A stretch of DNA of 64,000 nt. It comes from an uncultured Candidatus Binatia bacterium. Its GTDB lineage: Bacteria; Desulfobacterota; Binatia; Bin18. The translations under genes were made by a program, and so were the position numbers. Positions 29,031 to 39,575 of this stretch are shown one piece after another (position 1 is the first letter of the stretch; the number at the start of each line of letters is the position of its first letter). The stretch covers positions 2,016,001 to 2,080,000 of the forward strand of contig OZ241744.1 in assembly GCA_965200965.1 (NCBI GenBank), given 5' to 3'. Below the pieces are notes generated by a model. The model saw only the letters and a list, made by a program, of their open reading frames with translations, did not search any database and was not told the origin of the DNA.

Positions 29031-29837
29031 TCAGCGGTTGGCGAACACCGGCTCACGTTTGTCACGAAAAGCGGCCACCGCCTCACGCATGTCGTCTCCC
29101 AGCATACAGGCCAAGCCCAGATGGGCGTCGGCATAGGTAATATCGCCGGCCTTATTGGTCGTCAGGGCTTTGAAGAATTCCTTGGTCCGGCGCAGGGCCA
29201 TAGGCGGTTTGTTGAGGAGCTTGTCGGCCAAAGCCCGGGCCGCTTCGTGCAACCGATCGGGCGGGACGACCTGGTTGACCAGACCGACTTCCAGGGCTTC
29301 CTCGGCCGTCAGTTCGTCGCAGGTCATAATGAGTTCTTTGGCCTTGGCCATGCCAATGAGATTAATCATACGAGCAATCGAGCCCCACATATACGGCACG
29401 CCGAGCCGGACTTCGGGCAGCCACATGCGGGCCCCGCTGGCCGCAATTCGAAAGTCACAGGCCATAGCCAGCGAGACGCCGCCGCCCACCGCAAAGCCAT
29501 TCACGGCCGCAATGCTGATCTGGTCCAGGCGTTCCCACTCGTCCATGACCCGCCAGCCGAGTTTGGCCAGCCGCAGCCTGGCGGTGTCGGTCAGCCGGGC
29601 CTGGGTTTCGGCCTTGGACCCGGCCGCCAGGGCGTCCATATCGGCCCCGACGCTGAACGACCGGCCGTGACCGGTCAGAACCACTATGCGTGAATCTTCG
29701 TCCTCCTGGAGCTGATAGGCAATTGCCAGGAACTCGCGCAACACCTGCTCATTGAGCGGATTCAGCTTTTCCGGGCGGTTGAAACCAACCGTCACAATCG
29801 GCCCTGAGCGTTCGAGCGTAAAGGTTTCGTATGCCAT
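29031..29837 (-). CDS. Enoyl-CoA hydratase/isomerase family protein
   Basis: NRPEKLN, FSVGAD, AVNGFAVGGG, PEVRLG. Confidence 0.92.
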   Translation of the reverse strand: MAYETFTLERSGPIVTVGFNRPEKLNPLNEQVLREFLAIAYQLQEDEDSRIVVLTGHGRSFSVGADMDALAAGSKAETQARLTDTARLRLAKLGWRVMDEWERLDQISIAAVNGFAVGGGVSLAMACDFRIAASGARMWLPEVRLGVPYMWGSIARMINLIGMAKAKELIMTCDELTAEEALEVGLVNQVVPPDRLHEAARALADKLLNKPPMALRRTKEFFKALTTNKAGDITYADAHLGLACMLGDDMREAVAAFRDKREPVFANR

Positions 29838-29914
29838 GCGCGCTTCCTCCTCAGGCTGCGGCCTACCGGATGCCTCAACATGTCTGCCAGGCGGAGCGGT
29901 CAGGATGAGCCGTA

Positions 29915-30655
29915 TTATTGGGCGGTATACCCGCCATCAATCACCAACTCGGTCCCCGTCACAAACGAGGACTCGTCGCTAGCCAGATACACCACACCAT
30001 AGGCAATATCGGTGGCGGTCGCCAGCCGGCCCAGCGGATGAGTGTGGCGCACCGCCTGGAGCGCTTCAGGGTCAAGCACATCGAGCATCGCGGTATCGAC
30101 CCCGCCCGGATGAACTGAATTGACCCGGATATTATCCTTGGCACACTCAATCGCGGTGGCTTTGGTCAGCAGGCGGACCGCCCCCTTTGTCCCGTGGTAG
30201 GCGGTGGCCATGCCAGCCCCAATCAGACCGGCAATGGAGGAAATGTTGATAATTGAGCCGCCCCCGGACCGGCGCATGGCCGGAACGGCGTATTTCATGC
30301 CCAGAAACACCCCGGTCTGATTGATGGCAATGACCCGATTCCACAGCTCCAGATCGGTTTCTTCCAGCTTTTCGACCGGAAATATACCGGCGTTATTGAC
30401 CAGAATATCAAGCCTGCCATAGGTGGCGAGCGCCGTCTCAACCGCGGCCTGCCAGTCATCTTCGCGGGTGACATCAAGTTTCACACCGCTTGCCTGTCCG
30501 CCCAGCGCATCCACCACCCGGCTCTGCTCTTCAAGCAAAATGTCGCCCAGCACGACGTTTGCCCCTTCCGCCACAAACAGTCGCGCCTCGGCTTCTCCCT
30601 GTCCGCGCGCTGCCCCGGAAATCAGACCAACTTTTCCTTCGAGTCGTCCAGCCAT
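29915..30655 (-). CDS. SDR family oxidoreductase
   Basis: GAARGQG, NNAG, NISS, YHGTK, IRVNSVHPG. Confidence 0.93.
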   Translation of the reverse strand: MAGRLEGKVGLISGAARGQGEAEARLFVAEGANVVLGDILLEEQSRVVDALGGQASGVKLDVTREDDWQAAVETALATYGRLDILVNNAGIFPVEKLEETDLELWNRVIAINQTGVFLGMKYAVPAMRRSGGGSIINISSIAGLIGAGMATAYHGTKGAVRLLTKATAIECAKDNIRVNSVHPGGVDTAMLDVLDPEALQAVRHTHPLGRLATATDIAYGVVYLASDESSFVTGTELVIDGGYTAQ

Positions 30656-30773
30656 ACCCCTGCTCCTTTCTGTTCGGCCCCGAACCATAGCAGACACAGG
30701 CAGGGGCGTAAAATGTGGCTCTCTGCCAGAGGCCCGGTTGGCTGGCCAAGGCGGGCAGCCTATGGTGAGATGT

Positions 30774-30998
30774 ATGAGTCTCGAACCGATCGGGGTCTTC
30801 ATCGCTATCGTGGCTGCTGGTCTGACCTTGGCCGGCCTGCTCCTGACCGGCCAGCGGGCCATCCGGGTCGAATTGGCAGCCCAACGCCGGGAATTTAGCG
30901 AGCGGTTCACCGCCATTGAGAGGCAGCTGCGCGAACGCATGGCGCATCTCGAAGGCTCGCTTGACGGATTACGCGAGGCTATCGCCATGCACGCCTGA
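30774..30998 (+). CDS. Small protein with an N-terminal TM helix and a coiled coil
   Basis: MSLEPIGVFIAIVAAGLTLAGLLL...LRERMAHLEG; promoter-like TTGGCT-N17-TATGGT upstream. Confidence 0.6.
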   Translation: MSLEPIGVFIAIVAAGLTLAGLLLTGQRAIRVELAAQRREFSERFTAIERQLRERMAHLEGSLDGLREAIAMHA

Positions 30999-31046
30999 TG
31001 GTCCCCGAATCATCGTGGTGTGTGACGGGCGGCGCGTTGACCAATC

Positions 31047-31826
31047 CTATTCTGGTGGAAGAGGGCAGCAACCCTTAGCGCTCCTCCCTTCTCCACTCCT
31101 CCCAACCGAGGCCTCCACCTTCGCGCCGTTTGTGTCCGGCGCGCGCAGAGCCGCGGCCGGCAGGACGGCCAAGTCGTCATAGTCGGCCTGGGCGCTGCTC
31201 TGGGTGATGTCCGAATCGGTCAGAATCGCCACCCCCTGGACCTGACCCGGGGCAAAGCCAAACAGCTTTTTGTAGTCCTCATAGAAATTGACCGTTTCCT
31301 GATGCCACTCCGGGTTGTCGGGCAGGCCGCTCTGGAGGACAACGACCTTGGCCCGCCAATACATCGGGCTGGTGAAGGTGCTGCCCACCGGCTGTGTTGC
31401 GCTCCAGACGTATTTGATGACGCGGGGCATAATACGGCTGTCAAACACCACATACACCCCCGCGGCCGAGTCATTGGTCGCTTTGACGCGCTCGTCTCCG
31501 CCAGTCGGCAGCCGGCCGACCCGCCAGCGCCAGCGCAGCAGCGGATAGCGCTCCGGCCCAAACGTCTTGGTCAGACCGATCTGGGTGTCCTGGCTTTTGG
31601 CCGAGGCGCGCAGAAAACGGTTGCCGGCCTCCTCTGCCATGACTGTGTATATCGCCCGCGCCTCCGCCTCATCGCCCCGCGCCCGCCAGCGGCTCGGAAA
31701 TGCGCCAAGCGCTTCCTGTTCAAAGGTCTCCTCCAGCACCGGACGCTGGGCTGCCAGCTGGCCGGCCGCGCCTTGCGCGCAGCCGAACACCACACAGCAC
31801 AAAACCATCAGCATCACCCGTCGCAT
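31047..31826 (-). CDS. DUF3047 family exported protein
   Basis: Signal peptide, P.LRWRWRV..LP, DSAAGVYVVF, IKYVWS, AILTDSD. Confidence 0.8.
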   Translation of the reverse strand: MRRVMLMVLCCVVFGCAQGAAGQLAAQRPVLEETFEQEALGAFPSRWRARGDEAEARAIYTVMAEEAGNRFLRASAKSQDTQIGLTKTFGPERYPLLRWRWRVGRLPTGGDERVKATNDSAAGVYVVFDSRIMPRVIKYVWSATQPVGSTFTSPMYWRAKVVVLQSGLPDNPEWHQETVNFYEDYKKLFGFAPGQVQGVAILTDSDITQSSAQADYDDLAVLPAAALRAPDTNGAKVEASVGRSGEGRSAKGCCPLPPE

Positions 31827-31962
31827 CACTTTTCGTCCACGCCCTCCAAGCCTTCCTGTGGCCGGCCATTGTGACACGGATGGAACACTGGCGCGAGGAC
31901 CGGACCGCATGGACACGGCACGCCGGACAGGAAACAATGTTCTCGGCTTTACAAGGAACGGT

Positions 31963-32739
31963 ATGGCACGAGAATGGAATGCAGGCGAATATGAACGGCT
32001 CGCCGACCCCATGACGCGGTGGGGCGGACACATCCTTGAGCGCTTGGAACTGACCGGCGACGAAACCGTGCTGGACGCCGGCTGCGGGACAGGACGGGTG
32101 ACTGAGCAACTGCTGGCCCGTTTGCCACGCGGCCGGGTGATCGGAGTTGACGGCTCGGCGGCCATGATTGAACAAGCCGCGGAGCGGTTTCAGACCGACC
32201 GCCGGGTCAGCCTGCGTGTGGCCGACCTGCTGAGCCTCAACCTGCCAGAGCGGGTTGAGGCAATCCTGTCAACCGCCACCTTCCACTGGATTCTCGACCA
32301 TGCCGCCCTGTTTGCCCGCCTCGCCCGTATTCTCAAATCCGGCGGACAACTGGTTGCTCAGTGTGGCGGCGCGGGCAACATCGCCGGCGTCCGGGCGTCT
32401 ATTGCCGCGGTCATGCACACCGCGCCTTTTCAGACCGCCTTTGCCGACTGGCAGGAGCCGTGGGAGTTTGCCCAGCCCGAGATCACCGCCCAACGCCTCC
32501 GTCGGGCTGGTTTTGAGCCGCTCACGACCTGGTTACACGCCGAGCCGGTTGAGCTTGAGTCTGAGGCTCAGCTGGCGGACTATCTGCAAACGATTGTGTT
32601 GGGAGCGCACCTGCTGCGGCTGGCCCCGGAGTACAAAAGGCGGTTTGCCGAGGCGGTCGCCCAGACGGTCATGCGGCACACCGGGACGGCCTTGATTGAC
32701 TATGTGCGCCTCAATATCATCGCCCGTCGGCTCGGCTGA
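31963..32739 (+). CDS. Class I SAM methyltransferase, trans-aconitate methyltransferase-like
   Basis: VLDAGCGTG, STATFHW, DYVRLNI. Confidence 0.85.
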   Translation: MAREWNAGEYERLADPMTRWGGHILERLELTGDETVLDAGCGTGRVTEQLLARLPRGRVIGVDGSAAMIEQAAERFQTDRRVSLRVADLLSLNLPERVEAILSTATFHWILDHAALFARLARILKSGGQLVAQCGGAGNIAGVRASIAAVMHTAPFQTAFADWQEPWEFAQPEITAQRLRRAGFEPLTTWLHAEPVELESEAQLADYLQTIVLGAHLLRLAPEYKRRFAEAVAQTVMRHTGTALIDYVRLNIIARRLG

Positions 32740-32758
32740 TCCAGCCCCATCGTCAGCC

Positions 32759-34267
32759 ATGAAGACGGCCCGGTCTCTGCTGACCCTGGTCCTGACGAGC
32801 CTCTCGCTGCTCGGTCCCCGCGCCGACGCGGCACAGATCGACGCCCTGGCTCGTCGCTACCGGTTTAACTCCACTGATATTGGTGCTATCGTCTTTGATC
32901 CCGCTCAGGCCACAGTCCTGGAAGCCCACTTGGCCGACATCCCCCGCATCCCAGCCTCCACAACAAAAATTGTCGTCGCCCTGGCCGCCCTCCACCTGCT
33001 GGGAGCCGAGTATCGGTTCACCACCACCCTGTTGCGAGACGGCGCGATCCGCAACGGTAGCCTGCACGGAGACGTGTATCTGCGCGGCGGCGGGGACCCG
33101 TCCCTGTCAAGCGACGATCTGCACCACTTTGCGGCAGCGCTCAAAAATGCCGGCATCCGGCGCGTGACCGGCCGCTTTGTGTTTGACGACAGCTTTTTGC
33201 CATCCAGCCCGGCCATTAACGACCGGCAGCCGGTCGCCGCAGCGTATAATCCCGGCCTCAGCGCACTGTCCCTCAACTACAACCGTGTTCAGCTCCAGTG
33301 GCGGCATACCGCCGGCAGGCCAGACTTTCAGACCAGGGTCTGGTCGCCGGCCGACAGCGGCAGCCTGCCGCTCGGCGCTATCCAGACCGGCCCCCAGCAG
33401 CCGGGAGGCGACCCCCGCATGAGGTTTCTTCACGCTGCCGCGCCGCTTGACCGCTGGCTGCTGTCCCGCCACCTGCCGCCCCACGGCTGGGAGACCCTGC
33501 CGGTTCGGACAGACCCGGGCCGCCTCACCGCCCTCATCTTTCGCACGCTGTGCTACAACAACGGCATTGCGCTACCTCTTCCACAAACGGGCCTGACACC
33601 CCGGCGCGCCCGGCCGGTCTACACCCACGCCAGCCCGCCCCTCTCACAGCTTATTGCCGGCACTCTGCGCCACAGCAACAATCTTTCGGCAGAACTGATC
33701 GGCCAAGTGGCCAGCCGGCGTCTGCCCGGCCGCCCCGTCACGCTCCATGAATCAGCCTCGGCCCTGGCTGCCTGGTATCGTCAGCGGCTGCCGGACACCG
33801 ACTGGCGGACATTCATCAGCCGCAACCACTCCGGCCTGAGCAAGCGCTCGCGGCACACCCCTCGTCAACTGGCCGCCATTCTCGGCTACGGCTGGCGACT
33901 GGCCACATCTGGAGCCGATTTTGTGGAGCTGCTCCCGGAAAAGATGAATCGTCTTAACCAGTCAGGAGGAAGACAAGACGATTCACCTTCAAGCGACTGG
34001 ACCAAGGCCGACGGACACAGGCGGGAGAGCGTCAGGGCAAAATCCGGCACAATGCACTACGCCGCCGGCTTGGCCGGCTACCTGTTCAGCCGCAGCGGTC
34101 GACGGCTGGGCTTTGTCATTCTGCTGACCGATTTTGCCCGGCGCGCCGCCCTTGACGCCGCGTTTGACCCCCGCATTGCTACCGACCCCCCCGAAGCCAA
34201 CGCCTGGACCACACGGGCCAGACGCTTCAGACGCGCGCTGGTCAAGGTCTGGCTTGAACGCTACTGA
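32759..34267 (+). CDS. dacB: D-Ala-D-Ala carboxypeptidase/endopeptidase (PBP4)
   Basis: PASTTK (SxxK), GGGDP, SNN, KSG motifs. Confidence 0.9.
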   Translation: MKTARSLLTLVLTSLSLLGPRADAAQIDALARRYRFNSTDIGAIVFDPAQATVLEAHLADIPRIPASTTKIVVALAALHLLGAEYRFTTTLLRDGAIRNGSLHGDVYLRGGGDPSLSSDDLHHFAAALKNAGIRRVTGRFVFDDSFLPSSPAINDRQPVAAAYNPGLSALSLNYNRVQLQWRHTAGRPDFQTRVWSPADSGSLPLGAIQTGPQQPGGDPRMRFLHAAAPLDRWLLSRHLPPHGWETLPVRTDPGRLTALIFRTLCYNNGIALPLPQTGLTPRRARPVYTHASPPLSQLIAGTLRHSNNLSAELIGQVASRRLPGRPVTLHESASALAAWYRQRLPDTDWRTFISRNHSGLSKRSRHTPRQLAAILGYGWRLATSGADFVELLPEKMNRLNQSGGRQDDSPSSDWTKADGHRRESVRAKSGTMHYAAGLAGYLFSRSGRRLGFVILLTDFARRAALDAAFDPRIATDPPEANAWTTRARRFRRALVKVWLERY

Positions 34268-34332
34268 TTCACTCGTCCGGTTTCACACCTCAGCCTTGAC
34301 AGCCCCCCAAGCCCTTTGCTCTGCTGGGACCC

Positions 34333-34602
34333 ATGTCGCAGCGCAAGAGCGTCGCCTCACTGACCGGCCAACTCATCGCCATCCGGACCACCCTGAAGCG
34401 CGAGCTGGGCGCTGAGTACGACCAGAAAATTGAGCCGGTCCGGGCCGTCCTCAGAGAAATCGCTCAGGACAAGCCGCTGGTGGAAGTGCTACAGCAGACG
34501 ATTGACCGCTTACTGGCCAGAGAGGCCGACAATGTGGAACTGATGACCCTGATTGCCGCCGGTCTCGATGTCATTGAAGAAACCCAGCAGACCCACCATT
34601 AG
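34333..34602 (+). CDS. Hypothetical protein (89 aa)
   Basis: Coding-like ORF with TTGACA upstream. Confidence 0.6.
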   Translation: MSQRKSVASLTGQLIAIRTTLKRELGAEYDQKIEPVRAVLREIAQDKPLVEVLQQTIDRLLAREADNVELMTLIAAGLDVIEETQQTHH

Positions 34603-34702
34603 CCCATGTTTTCAGTTTTGCGATCTTTGATTTTCCCCCGCACTGGCCTCGCAACTCCCCACACGCATTGTCCCCCCCGGCCTGATCTGCTAAGCCTGAG
34701 GG

Positions 34703-35821
34703 GTGAGCCCGCAAGACAAGTTAGGCGCGATCCGCCAGGAACTCCAGCACACCTTCCTGGAGCGTGCCGAGTTGATTGACGGCGCGCTAGCCGCCCTGCT
34801 GTCCTCCCAACACGTCCTGATTATCGGCCCGCCGGGCACGGCCAAATCCATGCTGGCCGACGCGCTGTGTCGGCGGATTACCGGCGGGACTTATTTTCAG
34901 TGGCTGCTGACCAAATTCACCACCCCCGAAGAGCTGTTTGGCGCGGTCAGCCTCAAAGCTCTGGAAGCCGACGATTACCGGCGGGTGACAGACCATAAGC
35001 TGCCCCAGGCCCAGATTGCCTTTCTGGACGAGGTGTTCAAGGCCAGCTCGTCCATCCTGAACGCCGTTCTGAGCATTATCAACGAACGTCTGTTCCACAA
35101 CGGGCGAGAGATTGTGTCCGTCCCCCTCCTCAGCCTGTTTGGTACCAGCAACGAGCTGCCCGAGGATGACGAGTTGTTGGCCCTGTACGACCGTTTCCTG
35201 CTCCGCTTTGTGGTCAACTACATCGGCGAAGATTTCCGTTTCCTCAAAATGTTGCAGACCACCCCCCCGCCCCAGTCCACTACCGTGAGCCTCGACGAAC
35301 TGCGCCAGATGCAGGCCGAGGTCCGGGCCGTTCGCATCCCCGACGCCGTGCTGAGCGTCCTGGCCGATATTCGCCGCGAATTGAACAAGAAAAACATCAT
35401 CGCCTCTGACCGTCGTTACCGCCAGAGTCTATCTCTCCTCCAAGCCCTGGCCTATCTGAACGGCCAGCCCACGGTGGGCGAAGCAGACCTGTTTTTTCTG
35501 GAACATGTGCTATGGAAAGAGCCTTCAGAGCAGGGCGCGGTCCACGCCGTCATCCAGAGTTTAATCCACGGCTTCGAGGACAGCGTGCGAGAGCTGTTGT
35601 TTCAAACCCGCGAGTTGCGCGATTATGCCGAACGGGAGTGGGACGACGAAGAACAACACGCCCGAACGGTAATTGAAGCCCATACCAAGATTCGCCGCAT
35701 CCTGGCCCAGGTTGAAGAGATCAGCCAACAGGCCCGGCAGGGAGGTCGTCCGCTCGATACAGTCGTCGCCATCCGCCAGGAGATTGAGGGCATTCAGCAA
35801 CAACTGCTCGAGAAAATATAA
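34703..35821 (+). CDS. MoxR/RavA family AAA+ ATPase
   Basis: GPPGTAKS, FTTPEELFG, FLDEVFKA, SNELP, LYDRF, SDRR. Confidence 0.92.
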   Translation: MSPQDKLGAIRQELQHTFLERAELIDGALAALLSSQHVLIIGPPGTAKSMLADALCRRITGGTYFQWLLTKFTTPEELFGAVSLKALEADDYRRVTDHKLPQAQIAFLDEVFKASSSILNAVLSIINERLFHNGREIVSVPLLSLFGTSNELPEDDELLALYDRFLLRFVVNYIGEDFRFLKMLQTTPPPQSTTVSLDELRQMQAEVRAVRIPDAVLSVLADIRRELNKKNIIASDRRYRQSLSLLQALAYLNGQPTVGEADLFFLEHVLWKEPSEQGAVHAVIQSLIHGFEDSVRELLFQTRELRDYAEREWDDEEQHARTVIEAHTKIRRILAQVEEISQQARQGGRPLDTVVAIRQEIEGIQQQLLEKI

Positions 35822-35834
35822 ACCCGAACTACCC

Positions 35835-37412
35835 ATGCCCAAGAAAAAATCCCGCTTTATCCTCCCCCCGCCGCCCCCTCTCCCGCACAATGAACACTGG
35901 ATCGAGAGCGATGCCTACGACCGCGCGGTATACCGCAAGCTGCGCGAAGCGTCGCCGTCTCTACACGCCTTGGAGGACACCGGCGCTACCCTAGCCCCCC
36001 GGTTTGGGGCGCTGCTGCAAGACCTGTTCTGCGCCCTGTTCAAACAGAATGTTCTCTTTCTCAACGAGGACGCGGTGGTGCCCAGCGCCAAGCTGAACAA
36101 AACCCTGCTCGACGCCCTGCATCGCGGCGAGTTGGCCCAGTTCCTGCGTCAGGCGACCGTACTGGATGAGGGCCGGGCCGGCCTGGCCACGGTCCTGCTG
36201 GGCGAGGGTGCCCTCAGGCTGCTCAAGTCCGAAAAAACCCTCACCCGCCGTCACATGCTCGACATGCAGCGCCTCCGCCGGCAGGAGAAAACGGCCCAGG
36301 AAAAGGGAGCAGCCGCCCACGAGGCCAAACAACTCGCCAAAGAGTTGGCCGGGGACGTATCCAAAAAAACCAGGGAACCCTTGGAACACGCCGCCAACAA
36401 ACTGGCCAGCGAAGCCCGGGCCGAGGATGCTCGCCTGCGTCAACAGTCCAAACGGCTCGGGGCTGAGCTGGCCGACATGCAGGCCGAGGTCGAGAACCGC
36501 TTTCGCAAAGAGGCCATTGCGGTGGCCCAAAACCTGGACGACGCGCTGCAAGAAGCCGATTCGTGGAGCACAACCGTCGGGGGCAGCCGCACCTCCTCGC
36601 CCGGCCGTCAGATCGAGCTGGGCAAACATCTGGCCGGAAACGACAAACTCAAGACACTGGCCCGGATGGTCGGCCGCATGAAGGATCACGCCCTGGCCCT
36701 GCGGCGGAAGATTTTTGAGCGCAGATCAGAAGAACTGTTTGAAGCCAGCCTGGGCAGTGAAATAAGCCGCCTGCTGCCGCACGAACTGGTGTCCTTCCGC
36801 CACCCCGTCTTGCGGAAAGATTTTACCCGGCGTTTTTTGGACCACCAGCTCCTCGTCTACGCGCTGCGGGGCGTTGAAGAAAAGGGCAAAGGCCCGGTGA
36901 TCGTGTGTCTGGACGGCAGTTCGTCCATGCTGGGCGACAAAGAGGTGTGGGCCAAAGCGCTGACCCTGACCCTGCTGGAGATTGCCCGCCGTCAACGCCG
37001 CCTGTTTCGGTCCATCTGCTTTTCGTCGGCCGGCAGCCCGCTGCGCGTCCTCGACCTCAACCCGCGCGAGCGCTACGAGGTCGAAATGTCAAAAGTTATG
37101 GAGTTGGCCGAGTACTTCCCCGGCGGCGGCACCGACTTTGAGACGCCGCTGAATGCCGCGGTCACGGGCCTGCGGCAGGCCCGGTTCAAGCGGGGCGATA
37201 TTGTGTTCATTACCGATGGCGAGTGTCGGGTCAGTCCCGACTGGGCCGAACGGTTTCGCCAGGACAAAGACACGCTGGGCTTCTCCCTGTTCTCCATCCT
37301 GATCGACCTAGGCTTCAGTTCACTCGGCAGCCTCAAGGCGTTCAGCGACAAGATCACCACCGTCTCACGGCTGACCGACGAAGGGGTGAAAGACGTGTTT
37401 GTGAAGCTGTAA
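35835..37412 (+). CDS. VWA-domain protein, ViaA/CoxE-like
   Basis: RLLPHE, DGSSS MIDAS motif, GGTDF, FITDG; follows the RavA-like ATPase. Confidence 0.88.
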   Translation: MPKKKSRFILPPPPPLPHNEHWIESDAYDRAVYRKLREASPSLHALEDTGATLAPRFGALLQDLFCALFKQNVLFLNEDAVVPSAKLNKTLLDALHRGELAQFLRQATVLDEGRAGLATVLLGEGALRLLKSEKTLTRRHMLDMQRLRRQEKTAQEKGAAAHEAKQLAKELAGDVSKKTREPLEHAANKLASEARAEDARLRQQSKRLGAELADMQAEVENRFRKEAIAVAQNLDDALQEADSWSTTVGGSRTSSPGRQIELGKHLAGNDKLKTLARMVGRMKDHALALRRKIFERRSEELFEASLGSEISRLLPHELVSFRHPVLRKDFTRRFLDHQLLVYALRGVEEKGKGPVIVCLDGSSSMLGDKEVWAKALTLTLLEIARRQRRLFRSICFSSAGSPLRVLDLNPRERYEVEMSKVMELAEYFPGGGTDFETPLNAAVTGLRQARFKRGDIVFITDGECRVSPDWAERFRQDKDTLGFSLFSILIDLGFSSLGSLKAFSDKITTVSRLTDEGVKDVFVKL

Positions 37413-37423
37413 CGAGGAAAGCC

Positions 37424-38290
37424 ATGTCCAAAGATATCTCGGTGTGTTTGTCCTTTGATTTTGACGGCATGTCCGTCTGGACAGGCTCCTTCCGCACCCG
37501 CTCGCCAAGTACTCTATCACGCGGCGAGTTCGGCAGGGTCGGCACAGAGCGCATACTCGAGCTGCTCAGCCGCTACCGGCTGCCGGCCTCATGGTTTATC
37601 CCCGGCCATACGGCTGAGACCTTCCCGGACAGCGTGCGGCGAATTGCCGACGCCGGGCACGAAATCGGCCACCACGGCTATTGCCACGAAAACCCGTGCT
37701 CGCTGTCGGCCGACCAGGAGCGCGCCGTCCTGGAACGGGGCAGTGCCTGCTTGCAGCGGCTGACCGGCAAAGCGCCGGTCGGCTATCGCTCGCCGGCCGC
37801 GGACGTCAGCCCCATCACCCACCGCCTGCTCCTGGAGTACGGCTTTGTGTACGACTCCAGCATGATGGCCGACGATTTCACCCCCTACTACTGTCGGGTC
37901 GGAGACGAGATGCACACCGACGCCGCATATGTCTTCGGCCAAGAGATCGACGTGCTCGAACTGCCGCTGGACTGGAGTCTGGACGACTGGCCGTACTTCA
38001 ACCTGCACTGGCCGGCCAAGCACGTCGGTCTGCGCACGCCCGATGAGGTGTATACAATCTGGGCGGCCGATTTTGACTTTCTGTACGACCGCATTGGCCG
38101 GGGCGTCTATACCCTGACCATGCACCCCCAGGTCATCGGGCGTGGCCACCGGCTGCTGATGCTGGAGCGGCTCATTGACTACCTGCAAAGCCACGACGGG
38201 GTAATGTTCAAGACGATGGGTCAGGTGGCGGTCGAGTGGAAACAGGCCCACCCCCTCCAATCTGTACAGCGGGCTGAGGAGCAGCATTGA
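37424..38290 (+). CDS. Polysaccharide deacetylase family protein (PuuE-like)
   Basis: SFDFD, HEIGHHGY.HE, GYRSP, YDSS, TMHPQVIGR. Confidence 0.88.
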   Translation: MSKDISVCLSFDFDGMSVWTGSFRTRSPSTLSRGEFGRVGTERILELLSRYRLPASWFIPGHTAETFPDSVRRIADAGHEIGHHGYCHENPCSLSADQERAVLERGSACLQRLTGKAPVGYRSPAADVSPITHRLLLEYGFVYDSSMMADDFTPYYCRVGDEMHTDAAYVFGQEIDVLELPLDWSLDDWPYFNLHWPAKHVGLRTPDEVYTIWAADFDFLYDRIGRGVYTLTMHPQVIGRGHRLLMLERLIDYLQSHDGVMFKTMGQVAVEWKQAHPLQSVQRAEEQH

Positions 38291-39501
38291 TGATAGACAC
38301 CCCGGCCTCCGCCCTGTCTGACCTGCGGGTGCTTGACCTGACCGACCTCAAGGGTGCCCTGTGTGCCAAGCTGATGGGCGACATGGGTGCCGATGTGGTC
38401 AAGATCGAGCCGCCCAACGGAGACCCCACGCGGCATATCGGGCCGTTTCTCGACGCCGGGCAAGACGGCCGGCCCAGCCTGCTGTACTGCTTCTACAACA
38501 CCAGTAAACGGGGCGTCACACTCGATATCCACCGGCCGGACGGCCAAGCCCTGTTCAAACGCCTGGTGCCCCACGTTGATGTGGTGGTCGAGTCCTTTCC
38601 TCCCGGAACCCTGGACGCGCTCGGGCTGGGCTATGATATCCTGGCCGGCCTCAACCCCCGGCTGGTGCTGACCTCCATCACCCCGTTTGGGCAGAGCGGG
38701 CCATACGCCACCTACAAAAGCTCGGACACGGTGGCCGAAGCCCTCGGCGGCATGGTGTACGTCAACGGCTTTCCCGATGAACCGCCGCTGCGGGGTCTGG
38801 GCCTGCAAGCCTACCACAGCGCCGCCTTTTTTGGCGCGATTGGGACCATGTGTGCGCTGTGGGCGCGCGACGCAATCGGCCGGGGGCAGTGGGTCAATAT
38901 CAGCCTGCACGAAGCCGTGGCCGCCGCGGTCGAGCATGTAGCACCGTTTTACCACCAGGGTTTAGGCGTCGAGACACGCCGCGGCAGCCTGCACTGGAGC
39001 CGCTATTTTCGGGTCGCCCGGTGTCAGGACGGCTATGTCATGCACTGCACCTTGGGCGATTGGACCTCGCTGGTCGAATGGGTCAGAGCCGACGGCCAGG
39101 GCCAGGGTCTGGACACGCCCGCCTGGCAAGACCTGGAGTACCGCCGGGATCACGCCGAGGATCTGTTTGAGCTGCTCGACGACTGGGCCAAGGAGTATCG
39201 CGTGGCCGAGTTGATGGAAGGTGCCCAGCTGCGGCGGATTCCATACGCGATGGTCCGTCCGCCCGAGGCCCTGCTTGACGACCCGCAGCTCGCCGCCCGC
39301 GGCTTTTTTACCGAGTGTGAGCATCCAGAACTCGGCCGTTCGGTGCGCTATCCCGGCGGACCGTTCGTTTTCACCAAAACGCCGTGGCGGATCTCACGGC
39401 GGCCGCCGCTGCTGGGCGAACACAACGCTGAGATATTCGGCGGCGAGCTCGGACTCAGCCACAAACAGCTGACCGGGCTTGTGCAAGACGGCGTGATTTG
39501 A
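38287..39501 (+). CDS. Class III CoA-transferase (CaiB/BaiF), possibly non-catalytic subunit
   Basis: [35 protein letters not shown]. Confidence 0.88.
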   Translation: MMIDTPASALSDLRVLDLTDLKGALCAKLMGDMGADVVKIEPPNGDPTRHIGPFLDAGQDGRPSLLYCFYNTSKRGVTLDIHRPDGQALFKRLVPHVDVVVESFPPGTLDALGLGYDILAGLNPRLVLTSITPFGQSGPYATYKSSDTVAEALGGMVYVNGFPDEPPLRGLGLQAYHSAAFFGAIGTMCALWARDAIGRGQWVNISLHEAVAAAVEHVAPFYHQGLGVETRRGSLHWSRYFRVARCQDGYVMHCTLGDWTSLVEWVRADGQGQGLDTPAWQDLEYRRDHAEDLFELLDDWAKEYRVAELMEGAQLRRIPYAMVRPPEALLDDPQLAARGFFTECEHPELGRSVRYPGGPFVFTKTPWRISRRPPLLGEHNAEIFGGELGLSHKQLTGLVQDGVI

Positions 39502-39575
39502 AAGAACAGGGCGGTCTGGCCAGAAAAGACGCTTCCCCTTGGGAAGGGGATGAAGGGAAGGGAAAGGAAAGCGGC

